DNA of 64,000 nt from an uncultured delta proteobacterium (GTDB lineage Bacteria > Desulfobacterota > Binatia > UBA9968). The number at the start of each line of letters is the position of its first letter. The stretch's first letter is position 1. The notes under the pieces were generated by a model. It saw only the letters and a list, made by a program, of their open reading frames with translations. It did not search any database and was not told the origin of the DNA. Location: positions 192,001-256,000 of the forward strand of contig CAWJZV010000034.1 in assembly GCA_963847445.1 (NCBI GenBank), read 5' to 3'. Of the stretch, positions 54,174 to 64,000 are shown in pieces. A program made the position numbers and the translations under genes.

Positions 54174-55073
54174 ATGGAACAAACGATCCATTCTTCTACT
54201 CTTACCGCTCCCGTTGCACAGCCAGTTGAATCAAAACTTGTGGAGGTCGAGTATTCGCCCGCCGGCGTGAAACGCAACGGAGCAATTGGCTGGAGTCTAA
54301 TGGCTAAAGAGCTGGCCGATAACCGCCGGCTTATTTGGCTGCTGATGCGGCGGGACATTTCGGTGCGTTACCGGCAGTCGATCCTCGGCTACGTCTGGGC
54401 GATCGTGCCGCCACTTTTCACCGTCGCGACCTTCGCGTTTCTCAACGCGTCCCACGTCTTACCGATCGGCAATACCCGCATTCCCTACGTCGCCTTTGCA
54501 CTCTGGGGCTTGAGCGTGTGGCATCTCTTTGCCGGTTGTCTTAGCGCGTGCACCGCGAGTTTGGTCGCCAGCGGCGCCCTGGTGACCAAGGTGAGTTTCC
54601 CAAGGGAGACACTCGTCGTGGCGGCGCTCGGTCAACCGCTATTCGATTTCTGTGTGCGCTTGCTACCGGTTGTCGCGGTTTTCTTTTGGTACGGGGTGGT
54701 GCCTGAGTGGACTGTTGTATTTGTCCCGCTGATACTTCTGACGGTCATGCTATTAGCGTTGGGATTTGGATTTATCCTGGCGATTGCCAATCTTGTGTTC
54801 CGGGATACCGGCAATGCACTGGGAATGGCACTTACGGTCGGCATGTTTCTCACCCCCGTGCTTTACCCGGCGCCGGTGCGCTGGCCGTTTTTCATGGTTA
54901 ACGTCCTGAATCCGTTGAGCCCCTTTGTGACCGCTACCCAGGATCTGATCGCTATCGGATACGTAAGCAGACCGGCAATGTTGGCGGTGGCATGCTTGTT
55001 TTCGTTAGCCTTGGCCTTCGGCGGTTGGCGCGCTTTTCACGTCACGATTCCACGTGTCGCCGGCTACGCTTAA
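54174..55073 (+). CDS. wzm: Polysaccharide ABC exporter permease
   Basis: RDISVRYRQSILGYVW, KVSFP, FRD, TPVLYP, LNP. Confidence 0.9.
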   Translation: MEQTIHSSTLTAPVAQPVESKLVEVEYSPAGVKRNGAIGWSLMAKELADNRRLIWLLMRRDISVRYRQSILGYVWAIVPPLFTVATFAFLNASHVLPIGNTRIPYVAFALWGLSVWHLFAGCLSACTASLVASGALVTKVSFPRETLVVAALGQPLFDFCVRLLPVVAVFFWYGVVPEWTVVFVPLILLTVMLLALGFGFILAIANLVFRDTGNALGMALTVGMFLTPVLYPAPVRWPFFMVNVLNPLSPFVTATQDLIAIGYVSRPAMLAVACLFSLALAFGGWRAFHVTIPRVAGYA

Positions 55074-55084
55074 GAGCCGAGTTC

Positions 55085-56401
55085 ATGTCCATCGATCCTA
55101 TCATCAGCGTGCAGAGCGTCAGCAAGAAATTTTGCCGCTCGCTCAAACGGACCATGCTTTATGGGGCTAAGGATGTGGCCCGCGACCTGTTAGGTATCTC
55201 TCCGAACTCCAGCGAATTGCGAGCGGACGAATTCTGGGCTTTGGAGGACGTTTCATTTGAGGTGCGGCGCGGCGAATGTTTGGGCCTAATCGGACCAAAC
55301 GGCGCCGGCAAAAGTACGCTTTTGAAGCTGCTAAACGGAATTACCCTCCCGGATCATGGCACGATCAAAATCAGCGGCAGTGTCGGTGCCTTGTTGGAAC
55401 TAGGCGCGGGATTTCATCCGGCGCTTACCGGCCGGGAAAATATTTACTTGAATGCTGCAATTCTTGGACTTAGCCAAGAAGAGATATCTGACAAATTTGA
55501 CGCCATCGTCAATTTCGCCGGTTTAGACGAATTCATCGATAGCCCGGTTAAACATTATTCGTCTGGCATGTACGTGCGCCTGGGGTTTGCAATTGCAGTG
55601 CATGCGGAACCGGATATTTTTCTAATCGATGAAGCGCTTGCGGTCGGGGATGTCTCATTCCAGTCCAAGTGTTACGGCAAACTGAGAGAATTCAGCGAGC
55701 GAGGCGTGACCATAATCCTCGTCACGCACAATCTGGACGTTGTCAATTCCCGCTGCAGTCGAGCAGTGTTACTCTCCAAGGGAAATGTGCTCTGCCACGG
55801 GACGCCGAAAACTGCGGTTGATGAATACAACAGGATGATTTCTAAGAGTCGTCCTAAAAGTTACGCGTCCGTCGGAAATCGAGCCGCTGAGGCAAGGTCG
55901 GTGGCTCGGGCAAAGACCATCGAGTGGAACGGATTGTTCAAAGTTAATCCGAACGAAGACCGCTACGGCTCGCATAAAGCCGAAATTCTTGAGGCAGGAA
56001 TATTCGATTTAGATGGCGCTCCGATCCAGGTCATAGAACGGAATCGCGAATTCCTGATCAAAATCAAACTGCGTCACAATGAATCGATGACGACTGCCGT
56101 GGCCGCGTATTCTATCAAAGATGCTAAGGGGATGGTGCTTTGCGGCACGAATACTATGTTCCAGAATATCGAAATGGGACAGGTAGAACGCGGTGCGGTT
56201 GTCCTGGTTGTGTTCAGGCAAGTCGCTCGCCTTAACGCCGGTGCTTATCTTCTTTCCATAGGCTGTGGAGCGTGGGAGACGGAGGCATATGTAGTCTATG
56301 ACCGACGTTTTGATTACATGCCGTTCCAAGTTGTCGAAGCTAGCCAGAGGGTCGGTCTTTTCGATCCAGAATCGGAAATTGAGTGGCAACAACTGCAATA
56401 A
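55085..56401 (+). CDS. wzt: Polysaccharide ABC exporter ATPase with Wzt_C domain
   Basis: GPNGAGKST, YSSGM, DEALAVGD; ~150-aa C-terminal extension (RYGS...GTNT). Confidence 0.9.
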   Translation: MSIDPIISVQSVSKKFCRSLKRTMLYGAKDVARDLLGISPNSSELRADEFWALEDVSFEVRRGECLGLIGPNGAGKSTLLKLLNGITLPDHGTIKISGSVGALLELGAGFHPALTGRENIYLNAAILGLSQEEISDKFDAIVNFAGLDEFIDSPVKHYSSGMYVRLGFAIAVHAEPDIFLIDEALAVGDVSFQSKCYGKLREFSERGVTIILVTHNLDVVNSRCSRAVLLSKGNVLCHGTPKTAVDEYNRMISKSRPKSYASVGNRAAEARSVARAKTIEWNGLFKVNPNEDRYGSHKAEILEAGIFDLDGAPIQVIERNREFLIKIKLRHNESMTTAVAAYSIKDAKGMVLCGTNTMFQNIEMGQVERGAVVLVVFRQVARLNAGAYLLSIGCGAWETEAYVVYDRRFDYMPFQVVEASQRVGLFDPESEIEWQQLQ

Positions 56402-56417
56402 TTCTGGAGTGCGGGCT

Positions 56418-57043
56418 ATGAGCGGCAAGGATGACTTTGGCCAAAGCTTGCCTATTGGCGCGCATCACTACCGGGCTTATGTCGGTCCACCGGAAAAGTA
56501 TGATTTGGTGGGGGCAATGCAGTTTAACTTGCTAACCCACCTTGGACTGCGCGAATTTCATTATCTGCTAGACATTGGCTGCGGATCTTTGCGAGCTGGG
56601 AGATTGTTTATTCCCTATCTACTATCGGGGCACTACTATGGGATTGAGCCACAATCGTGGTTGGTCGAGGAAGGTCTCAACAAGGAATTGGGTCGAGAAA
56701 TTCTGCAACTCAAGCGTCCGGTGTTTAGCCATGACTCAGACTTCAACTGTCTTCAGTTTAACCAACAAGTTTGATTTTGTCGTGGCTCAGTCCATCTTCT
56801 CCCACGCAGCCCCGGCGCAAATTCATCAATGCCTCGGCGAGGTGGGCCCAGAGTCTTCAACCCACGGGCGTATTAGCGGCGACCTTTGTGGCGGGAAAGG
56901 TGGATTACCAGGGAGAACGCTGGGTTTACCCCGAATGTGTCACCTATACACTTAAGCAAATGAAACAGTTCGCCGGCGATCGAACAATCTCATCGCCGAA
57001 ACGATCGATTGGCCTCACCCGAACGGGCAGACCTGGCTCTTGA
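56418..57043 (+). CDS. SAM methyltransferase (frameshifted)
   Basis: HYRAYVG, LLDIGCGSLRAG, FDFVVAQSIFSH. Confidence 0.8.
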
Positions 57044-57129
57044 TCAAGCGGCGTGCGAATCGCATTTGAGGGGGGCGATTGCGGTGCGAACGGCTCCCGC
57101 GGTGCGATCAATGTGACGTTCTGAACGGC

Positions 57130-58206
57130 ATGGAAAATTCACACGAATGGCCTGTATGCATCATCGGCATGCACCGCAGCGGCACCTCGATGGTTGCCAA
57201 TTTGCTGCGCCTCCATGGCCTTTCATTAGGTCCCGACGAGCGTTTGATGGGCGCCAGCGAGAGCAATCAGTTCGGACATTTCGAGCACACCGGCTTCCTT
57301 GAAATCAACGAGGCGCTTCTGAAGCATTTGGGCGGTTCCTGGGATAGTCCCCCGACGCTCCAATCGGGCTGGGAGCAAGATCCCGACTTGGATGATTTGG
57401 CGCGGAAGGCGAGTGTGCTGCTTAAAGACTTCGCGGCTTGCAAGCATTGGGGTTGGAAGGATCCTCGCACGACGATACTTCTGCCATTCTGGCGGAGAAT
57501 CGTTCCAAACCTCCGATATGTCATTTGTATCCGCAACCCCTTGGAGGTGGCTTGGTCGTTGGCGCAACGCGACGGGCAATCGATTGCCGGGGCAGTCCAT
57601 CTTTGGCGGCAATACACATGTCAGGCAATTCGGAGCACCGAAGGTTATTCACGCATTCTGACTTTTTACGAAGATTACTTCTGTCGACCGACCCAGGAAG
57701 TAAACCGGCTCTCCGAGTTCTGTGGTTTGCGCAACGCGACCGGCGTTTCGCAAATCGAAGCAAGCATTGCCGGCGAGCTACGCCATCAAGTCGGAGGGGT
57801 CGAAGAGCTGCTCAACGAACCGCAGCATTTCCCTCGAGGACAAGTTGCTTTATTTCATGCTTCGCGCGCTACCGTTACCGGGTCCATTCGGCGACGCCCA
57901 AGGATTACATAACCGGAACAAATGTCCGCGGATGGCATGGGTAGCGTCTTGCGGTTGATTTCTGAATTGCATGACCAAGATAAGATCCTGCAATTGGAAA
58001 GTGCCGTCGGCGAAAAGGAGCAACAGTTGAATGCGCTCAGAGCCTTAATGAGAGAAGAATCGAGACGCAAAGACGAAACGATTGCACAACTGCAAGACCG
58101 TAATGCGCGTCTGCAAACTTTTGCCGACGCCGTGCGACAAACTCTAGCGTACCGTTTGTACAGAACTCTTCTCAAACCGTTTAGAGATTCTCGGGCGAGC
58201 CACTAA
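57130..58206 (+). CDS. Sulfotransferase-family protein with C-terminal coiled coil (frameshifted)
   Basis: GMHRSGTS, GHFE, WGWKDPR, RNPLEVAWSL, YED; tail QLESAVGEKEQQLNAL...LAYRLYRTL. Confidence 0.8.
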
Positions 58207-58315
58207 TTTTAGTTGGTTTGCACAGCATGGTTCGAACGAGCACCTGTTGAAAACACTTAAAAGTCACGCTGCGAATATGGGCGGGCTAACCCCTTAAAGG
58301 CGAGGCAGATCTAAG

Positions 58316-59053
58316 ATGCTAAGGCAATTACTGAAGACTTTTGGAATCGACAAGACTGATAGTCCGGTGGTTCAATTCAAAACAGGCATACTCAAAAAAG
58401 CGATGCCAGCGGAATCGGCCATCGTCTTCGGCGATATATGGAAGGTCGACGGCTTCTATACGCAAAAAACACTGGAACTCGGCTGCAAGCGAGCCGCTTT
58501 AGTCGATTCGTTGGAGACGGCTAAGTGGCTCAAGACCAGGCTCCAGTATCCGCAGATTGAGTTCTTCAAAGGGGATTTTTCGAATTCATTGTTCATGAAA
58601 AGCATTGCGGAAAAATTCGATCTGGGAGTGGCCTTTGATATCTTGCTACATCAACCACCTTTGCTCAATACGCTGCACCTCATGCTTGAAAAGATCGACA
58701 AGCGGTTCTGCGTCGTGCAACCGATGCTGCGCGAACAACAGTTTCCTAACGCACTCATCTACTTGCCCGGCAATACCGACGATCTTTACCCGCTCAGGCT
58801 GAACCATGGCGAATTTCGGATGTTCGATATTTCTCAAGTCAATCAGAGCCATTGGATATGGGGAATGACCGCGAGTTTTTTGCATGCCGTCTTGAGCGGC
58901 GAAGGTTTCGATGTCATTCACCAGGAAGAATTGTCGCCATTAGAGAACGAGAAGTGGTTTTGGGGCGGATACGTTTACGAGCGAAAGCGTGACAATCCCG
59001 GTCACTGGTCGGCGGCGAAGGTTACCCCCGGCTTATATAAATCTGATTGGTGA
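58316..59053 (+). CDS. Hypothetical, methyltransferase-like protein
   Basis: FDLGVAFDILLH, WIWG; located in the glycan locus. Confidence 0.55.
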   Translation: MLRQLLKTFGIDKTDSPVVQFKTGILKKAMPAESAIVFGDIWKVDGFYTQKTLELGCKRAALVDSLETAKWLKTRLQYPQIEFFKGDFSNSLFMKSIAEKFDLGVAFDILLHQPPLLNTLHLMLEKIDKRFCVVQPMLREQQFPNALIYLPGNTDDLYPLRLNHGEFRMFDISQVNQSHWIWGMTASFLHAVLSGEGFDVIHQEELSPLENEKWFWGGYVYERKRDNPGHWSAAKVTPGLYKSDW

Positions 59054-59101
59054 GTCGGGCATCCCGCAATCATAGATTGTGGTTGGTTTCGGAAAATCAC
59101 T

Positions 59102-60029
59102 ATGTCCGGCAAACAAAAGCCTGAGATTTCGATCATTATTCGAAGTAAGAACGAAGAGCGCTTGATCGGGCGGGTTCTCACAGCCATTTTTCAACAGGAC
59201 ATCGATCTTCGATTCGAAGTGATAGTGATCGATTCGGGATCCACCGACGGGACTCTCGACATCGTCCGAAACCATGCCGTGCGGCTTTATGAAATCGAGG
59301 CGCGCGATTTTAGTTATGGCAGCGCGCTCAACTTGGGCGCAACATTAGCGCAGGGCCAGTACCTAATAAACCTCTCTGCCCACTGTATCCCAACGAGCGA
59401 TCGATGGATTGCCAACATAGCTCAGGGATTTGCGGCCCAAGTCACGCATTGCCGCCACCTACGGCGGGCAGGTTCCAATTAAAGGTTTAAACCCCTTCGA
59501 AGAGCGGTCGTTGTTGGCGGCATTCAAACCGGACGACTATGGCAGAATCGGGCCGCCGTTTTCAAACGCGAACTGTGCGATTCGAAGGGAAATTTGGCAA
59601 CGGTATCCATTCGATGAAACGGCAAGTTTCGCCGAAGATTACATCTGGTCGCAACTGCTCCCGAAAGAGTTCGAAATCAAATACGTCCCAGAAGCCGAGG
59701 TTTATCACACGCATCCGGCACGATTTAAGTATTGGGCAAAGCGCTCCTATGACAACGGCTTGTTTGTGCAGTATCTACAATATGCCTACGGACTTCAGTA
59801 TCGATGGGCGGGAGGAGAAAATCGACTTGCCAACAATCCACGCGACTTCGGTGCGGTGCTTCGGTACGCGGTTCGCTCCGTCAGAGTCATGAGGTTCTTG
59901 ATTGCGAATGGATATTTGAAGTTCCTGCCGGTTTTTCCGATCTATTCGGCCTTGGAACAATACTACTACCGCAAAGGATTGGCCGACGGTCGTAAGCTTT
60001 ACGGGTCGCGGGAAAGGCCTCTTTCATGA
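59102..60029 (+). CDS. GT2, rhamnosyltransferase-like (frameshifted)
   Basis: SIIIRSKNE, DSGSTD, FSNAN, AED, VYHTH. Confidence 0.85.
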
Positions 60030-60032
60030 GCG

Positions 60033-61002
60033 GTGGCAGCGTGCGAAATTTCCATAGTGCTGCTTACCTTCAATGGGGAGCAATATTTGGCGGAGGTCCT
60101 AGCGTCGATCTTCACGCAGCGAACGAGGTTGAGTTATGAAGTCCTTGCGATTGACTCGGGTTCCACTGATCGAACGCTGGAAATCCTCAATAAACATCCC
60201 GTCCGTGTCATGCAAATTCCCAACCTGAGAGTTTGGTCACGGCCGGACGCGAAATTTGGCGGCTCAAAATAGTTTAGGTCGTTATGTTGTATTCTTAACC
60301 CAAGACGCCGAACCCGCTAACGAACACTGGCTGGAAAACTTGGTTCGCCCGCTTGTCGAAGATGAGCGGGTGGCCGGAAGTTATAGTCGCCAAGTTCCCA
60401 GACCGGACTGTAATCCCATCGAATCTCGGGATATCGGTATCGGCGCCGGCCCGCTGAGCACGGTCAAGAGGGTCGATCAACAGGATCCGTTGCAGAAACA
60501 GAACTATGCCGCGTGCTTGTTTCGATTTATCGCCTTCTCCAATGTCAGCTCATGTATCCGCCGTGATGCGCTGGACAGATTACCCTTCTCCGAAAAGATC
60601 GTGATGGTGGAGGATCAGGAATGGTGCAAGCGGGCCATAGAGTCGGGCTACTGGATCATCTACGAAGCGACGTCGGTAGTTCACCATTCCCACAATCATC
60701 CGTTACCGATGATTTACCAGCGACATTTCGACTACGGGTTGTCGCTGCGAGAATTTGCGTCACTTCCACTTTCTTTCAAAGGAGTCTTATCTTACGCGGT
60801 TTTCGAGGCAATGGGCGACGTCATATTCATTGTCGGTCGGCGAGAAGGCGCGCTATCTACTTGGAAATGGATCCTCAAAGCGCCAATCATTCGGTTTGTC
60901 ATGCGCTACGGTCTTTACAGAGGTTTGCGTAGCAGGATCCGGCCGCCGGTGGTTGTCACTAAAGAAGTTGCATTTCGCCCGACCGAATCGAAGATCCGCT
61001 GA
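60033..61002 (+). CDS. GT2, rhamnosyltransferase-like (frameshifted)
   Basis: DSGSTD, LTQDA, FSNVSS, ED, HSH. Confidence 0.85.
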
Positions 61003-61009
61003 TGCTGGA

Positions 61010-61895
61010 TTACGTCTTGTTTACGCGCAGCGGTAGCCATGCGACTAACAGGGAAAACGGTGGAGTGAGAGATCGATAACGGAAACAGCGCACGATTGCC
61101 CGGCCGCCGAGACCTACGATCTTGGTCAAAACCAGAAGCGGAATCTCTGCCGGATGCTGCCACGTCTTCAAGCTCAAGAGCAGATGGCCGCGCGCCATGT
61201 GATATTCATAGAAGAAGCTAGATCGCGCAACGGAGGGTCCGTAGTCATGTTTTACATAGGCATCCGTCGCGCATACTACCTTTTTGCGTTGGCGAGTCAG
61301 GCGCCAAGCCAGTTCGGCATCTTCGCCATACATGAAAAATGCTTCGTCAAATAATGGCGATTTACTAACCAATCGACTCGGTACCAACAGGCAACAACCG
61401 GTAAAATAATGAAAGCGAAACCGTCCCGGTCGTGAATATAGCAAGCCAAGATAACGGTGATACCAGACGCCTTGCTCCCGCTCGGTGGAATCGCTCGATA
61501 CCACCCTTGGCGCGGCGAGTACGGCTTCGGGTTCGTGTTCCAACGCCCGGAGCAGCCCGGCCACTAGCCCCGGTCCCGCCACCGCGTCATTGTTTAGTAA
61601 CAAGTAATAGTCGTGCGGCGATTGAGCTTGTTGGTCATGGGCGATGACGAAGTTAACGCCTTTGCCAAAACCGAGGTTGGTCCCGGCGGAAATGATTTCG
61701 ACCGCAAAGTCAGCTCGTTGGGCGCGAACTTGATCGACGGGCTTTATGAAGAGTTGCAGCCGCTTCGCCTTTCTGGGAATTATCCAGAACATAAATGGTC
61801 TTTAGGCCTTGGCCGATCAGCGAGATCAAGCAGTTTTTTGTTATCTCTGCGCCGTAATAGTCGAGTACAATGGCGCAGACAGTTGGGATGCTCAT
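61010..61895 (-). CDS. GT2 glycosyltransferase (frameshifted)
   Basis: NLGFGKGVN, LLNNDA, GCCLL, FDEAFFMYGED. Confidence 0.85.
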
Positions 61896-61907
61896 GGTGG
61901 GTTACAA

Positions 61908-62705
61908 ATGATGCTATCGACGGAATTTTATTTTATCGCTTTCTTGTTCGGAGCCATGGTCGGCAGTTTTCTCAATGTCTGCATTGCCCGCATTCCGAAC
62001 GATGAATCGATCGTTCAGCCGTCTTCACATTGTCCTAAATGTAAGGTTTCGATTCCTTTTTACTATAACATACCGTTGCTTAGCTATGTATTGCTTCGGG
62101 CTCGGTGTCATTCCTGCAGGGAAAGTATCTCGCCGCGCTATTTCATCGTTGAGCTGCTGACGGCGCTACTCTCCGTGATGCTCTATTCCTGGTTTGGGCT
62201 GAGCTACACGTTCTTTGTGAGTTTTGTCTTCGCCGCCGCGCTGATCGTGATTTCGTTCATCGATCTCGACGTTAGGATCGTACCGGACGTGATCAGTTTG
62301 CCTGGGATCGTTGTTGGCTTGGTGTTCTCAGTCATCGGTTATTTCGTCTTTGCCGATTCCTTCGAGATCCTGCCGACGCCGCTAAGTTCGCTCATCGGTA
62401 TCCTCGTTGGCGGCGGGTTCTTACTCGCCACGGCCTGGGCCTACGAAAAATTCACTGGAGTAGACGGCATGGGCGGCGGCGACATCAAACTGTTGGCGAT
62501 GATCGGTGCGTTCCTCGGCTGGCCGTCGGTGCCGGTCACGCTTTTTGTCGCCTCGATCTTGGGTTCAGTGATCGGGATCGGCCTGATGGTCGCCACCGGC
62601 GCCGGTCGCCGGCTGGCATTGCCGTTCGCGCCTTTTCTATGCTCGGGGGCGCTGGCGTATCTTTTCTACGGCAGTCAGCTGATCGGTCTCTATCTCGGCG
62701 ATTAA
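61908..62705 (+). CDS. pilD: Prepilin peptidase
   Basis: GSFLNV, CPKC/CHSC, IDLD, GMGGGDIKL, PFAPFL. Confidence 0.95.
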   Translation: MMLSTEFYFIAFLFGAMVGSFLNVCIARIPNDESIVQPSSHCPKCKVSIPFYYNIPLLSYVLLRARCHSCRESISPRYFIVELLTALLSVMLYSWFGLSYTFFVSFVFAAALIVISFIDLDVRIVPDVISLPGIVVGLVFSVIGYFVFADSFEILPTPLSSLIGILVGGGFLLATAWAYEKFTGVDGMGGGDIKLLAMIGAFLGWPSVPVTLFVASILGSVIGIGLMVATGAGRRLALPFAPFLCSGALAYLFYGSQLIGLYLGD

Positions 62706-63252
62706 CTTCGCTAGGCAGCTCGGTTCGTGTCTGGCTGATTTATTCCGGCATACAGCACCGCCTCGGGGGTAAATCTTGTGTCATGGGGTTTATTGTCCTC
62801 TGACGGCACACGAGCCGCTTACAAATTCGAAAGATGGCGAACAGCATCGAAAGATCGACCGATGCAATAATTGTTAGAATAAACGACCGTTGTAACTCGC
62901 TGATTGATGCGATTCGCCGTTCCCTGGAATGGTCACCAGTACGACCCAGCCTGGCACTTGCAACTCGTACTTCATCGGCACGGTTCAGTAGCTCGCTATA
63001 AATTGACGCCCACCTCGTTCCATTCGATATCGCCGATGGCGGCCTTGCCGATTAGAGTTTCCAGCCATTCCGCTGGCACTGTTAGGCAATACAGTAATGC
63101 GACGCCGTTGATTTCAAATGGGTGGCAAGTTTGCGCCGCAGCTAAGGCGAAACCAAACAACTCAAGAATCCAGGGTCTTGCTGGATGCGATTTGGCGGGG
63201 TCTTGACAGATTGATCTGAGACCCATATGGTCCGCCAGCTTTTGGAGGGACC

Positions 63253-63702
63253 ATGCGTGTCATCGAAGTTTACGGCTTCTCGACAATTGAATTGGTGGTT
63301 GTCGTTGCGTTGACCGGGGCGATGGCGGCGATTGCGCTGCCCAACTGGAACCGCTTCCTAAAGAGCTACCATCTCAACAACTCGGTTCGTCAGATTCAAT
63401 CCGAGCTGCACACCCTCAAGTCGCGCGCGGCAGCGGAAAACGTCAGGTTTCAGTTGGTCTATGCCGCCGGTGCGAGGGACTACACGATTCAACGCGATAG
63501 CATAGCCCTGGTTACCAAGCCGTTGGCTGAAGGGACGATGATCGCCAAAGCGGGGACGGTGACATTCTCGCCGCGCGGCACGGCGGCGGCGAATCGCTTG
63601 CGTTTGCTCGATAGTGAACTAGGCGCGTGCCGACAAATCGTCGTCAGCGCCACCGGTCGGGTGCGCTCATGCACGCCCAACAGTTGCGCGGAGGATTGCT
63701 AA
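63253..63702 (+). CDS. FimT/GspH-like minor pilin
   Basis: G|FSTIELVVV prepilin motif; FSPRG, VSATGRVR. Confidence 0.85.
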   Translation: MRVIEVYGFSTIELVVVVALTGAMAAIALPNWNRFLKSYHLNNSVRQIQSELHTLKSRAAAENVRFQLVYAAGARDYTIQRDSIALVTKPLAEGTMIAKAGTVTFSPRGTAAANRLRLLDSELGACRQIVVSATGRVRSCTPNSCAEDC

Positions 63703-63703
63703 G

Positions 63704-64000
63704 ATGGCCCGGTTGCTTTGGCGTTCGAGACTCGATCAACGTGGCTACACCTTCAACGAACTGTTAGCGGCCATGTCCCTCTGTATGGTCGCCGTGATGA
63801 GTTATTCGTTGAACAGCGCGTCGATGTTTCGCCAACAGACGGTCAACGGCAACGCGACTATCGCACTGCAATTGGCCCAGGATAAACTTGAAGAGCTACA
63901 AGCCCGACGCAATCCCGCCGATGAAAATCGCTGTCCAGGCGCTGGGGATCTTGGGCTGTCCGCCAGCGGCGGCTCGGGAGGGCGTTTCGACCGTTGCTGG
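63704..64000 (+). CDS. PilV-like minor pilin, partial
   Basis: Manual translation: QRG|YTFNELLAAM...ALQLAQDKLEEL. Confidence 0.75.
   Translation, partial: MARLLWRSRLDQRGYTFNELLAAMSLCMVAVMSYSLNSASMFRQQTVNGNATIALQLAQDKLEELQARRNPADENRCPGAGDLGLSASGGSGGRFDRCW

Noticed and set aside
62706-63252. c-di-GMP/GEMM riboswitch or sigma54 promoter upstream of the pilins
   Set aside because: The GEMM consensus was not found, and the TGGCAC sites have the wrong -12 spacing.

Overview
GC-rich bacterial chromosomal segment. The gene content (NMT1/SsuA-type and TctC/Bug substrate-binding proteins, amidohydrolase-2, SDRs, delta-type dksA) resembles Candidatus Binatia/Desulfobacterota-like genomes; this taxonomic call is inference. 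Many housekeeping genes are broken by single-base indels (coxA/B/C, purD, purH, alr, tsaC, pepF, dksA), most likely long-read assembly errors. Content in order: Spy/CpxP-like gene; a ~400-nt non-coding, densely base-paired region with promoter and terminator; nucleoside deaminase and CMK-like/BON gene; MFS, ThDP enzyme and nadX; an aa3-type cytochrome c oxidase operon; a catabolic cluster; surE; a ~2.9-kb low-GC accessory islet (sRNA candidate, two Y1/RAYT transposase remnants, orphan higA, ParB/Srx-like gene); a Tgt-MnmC-type methyltransferase fusion with an in-frame palindromic insert; cinA, pepF, ocd, tsaC, purD, purH, alr; rubrerythrin-DUF3501-PerR; dksA, galU, tRNA-Ala(CGC); a large Wzm/Wzt surface-glycan locus; pilD and minor pilins. 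The best candidates for undescribed biology are the pseudoknotted RNA at ~1370-1770 and the Tgt-MnmC2 fusion.
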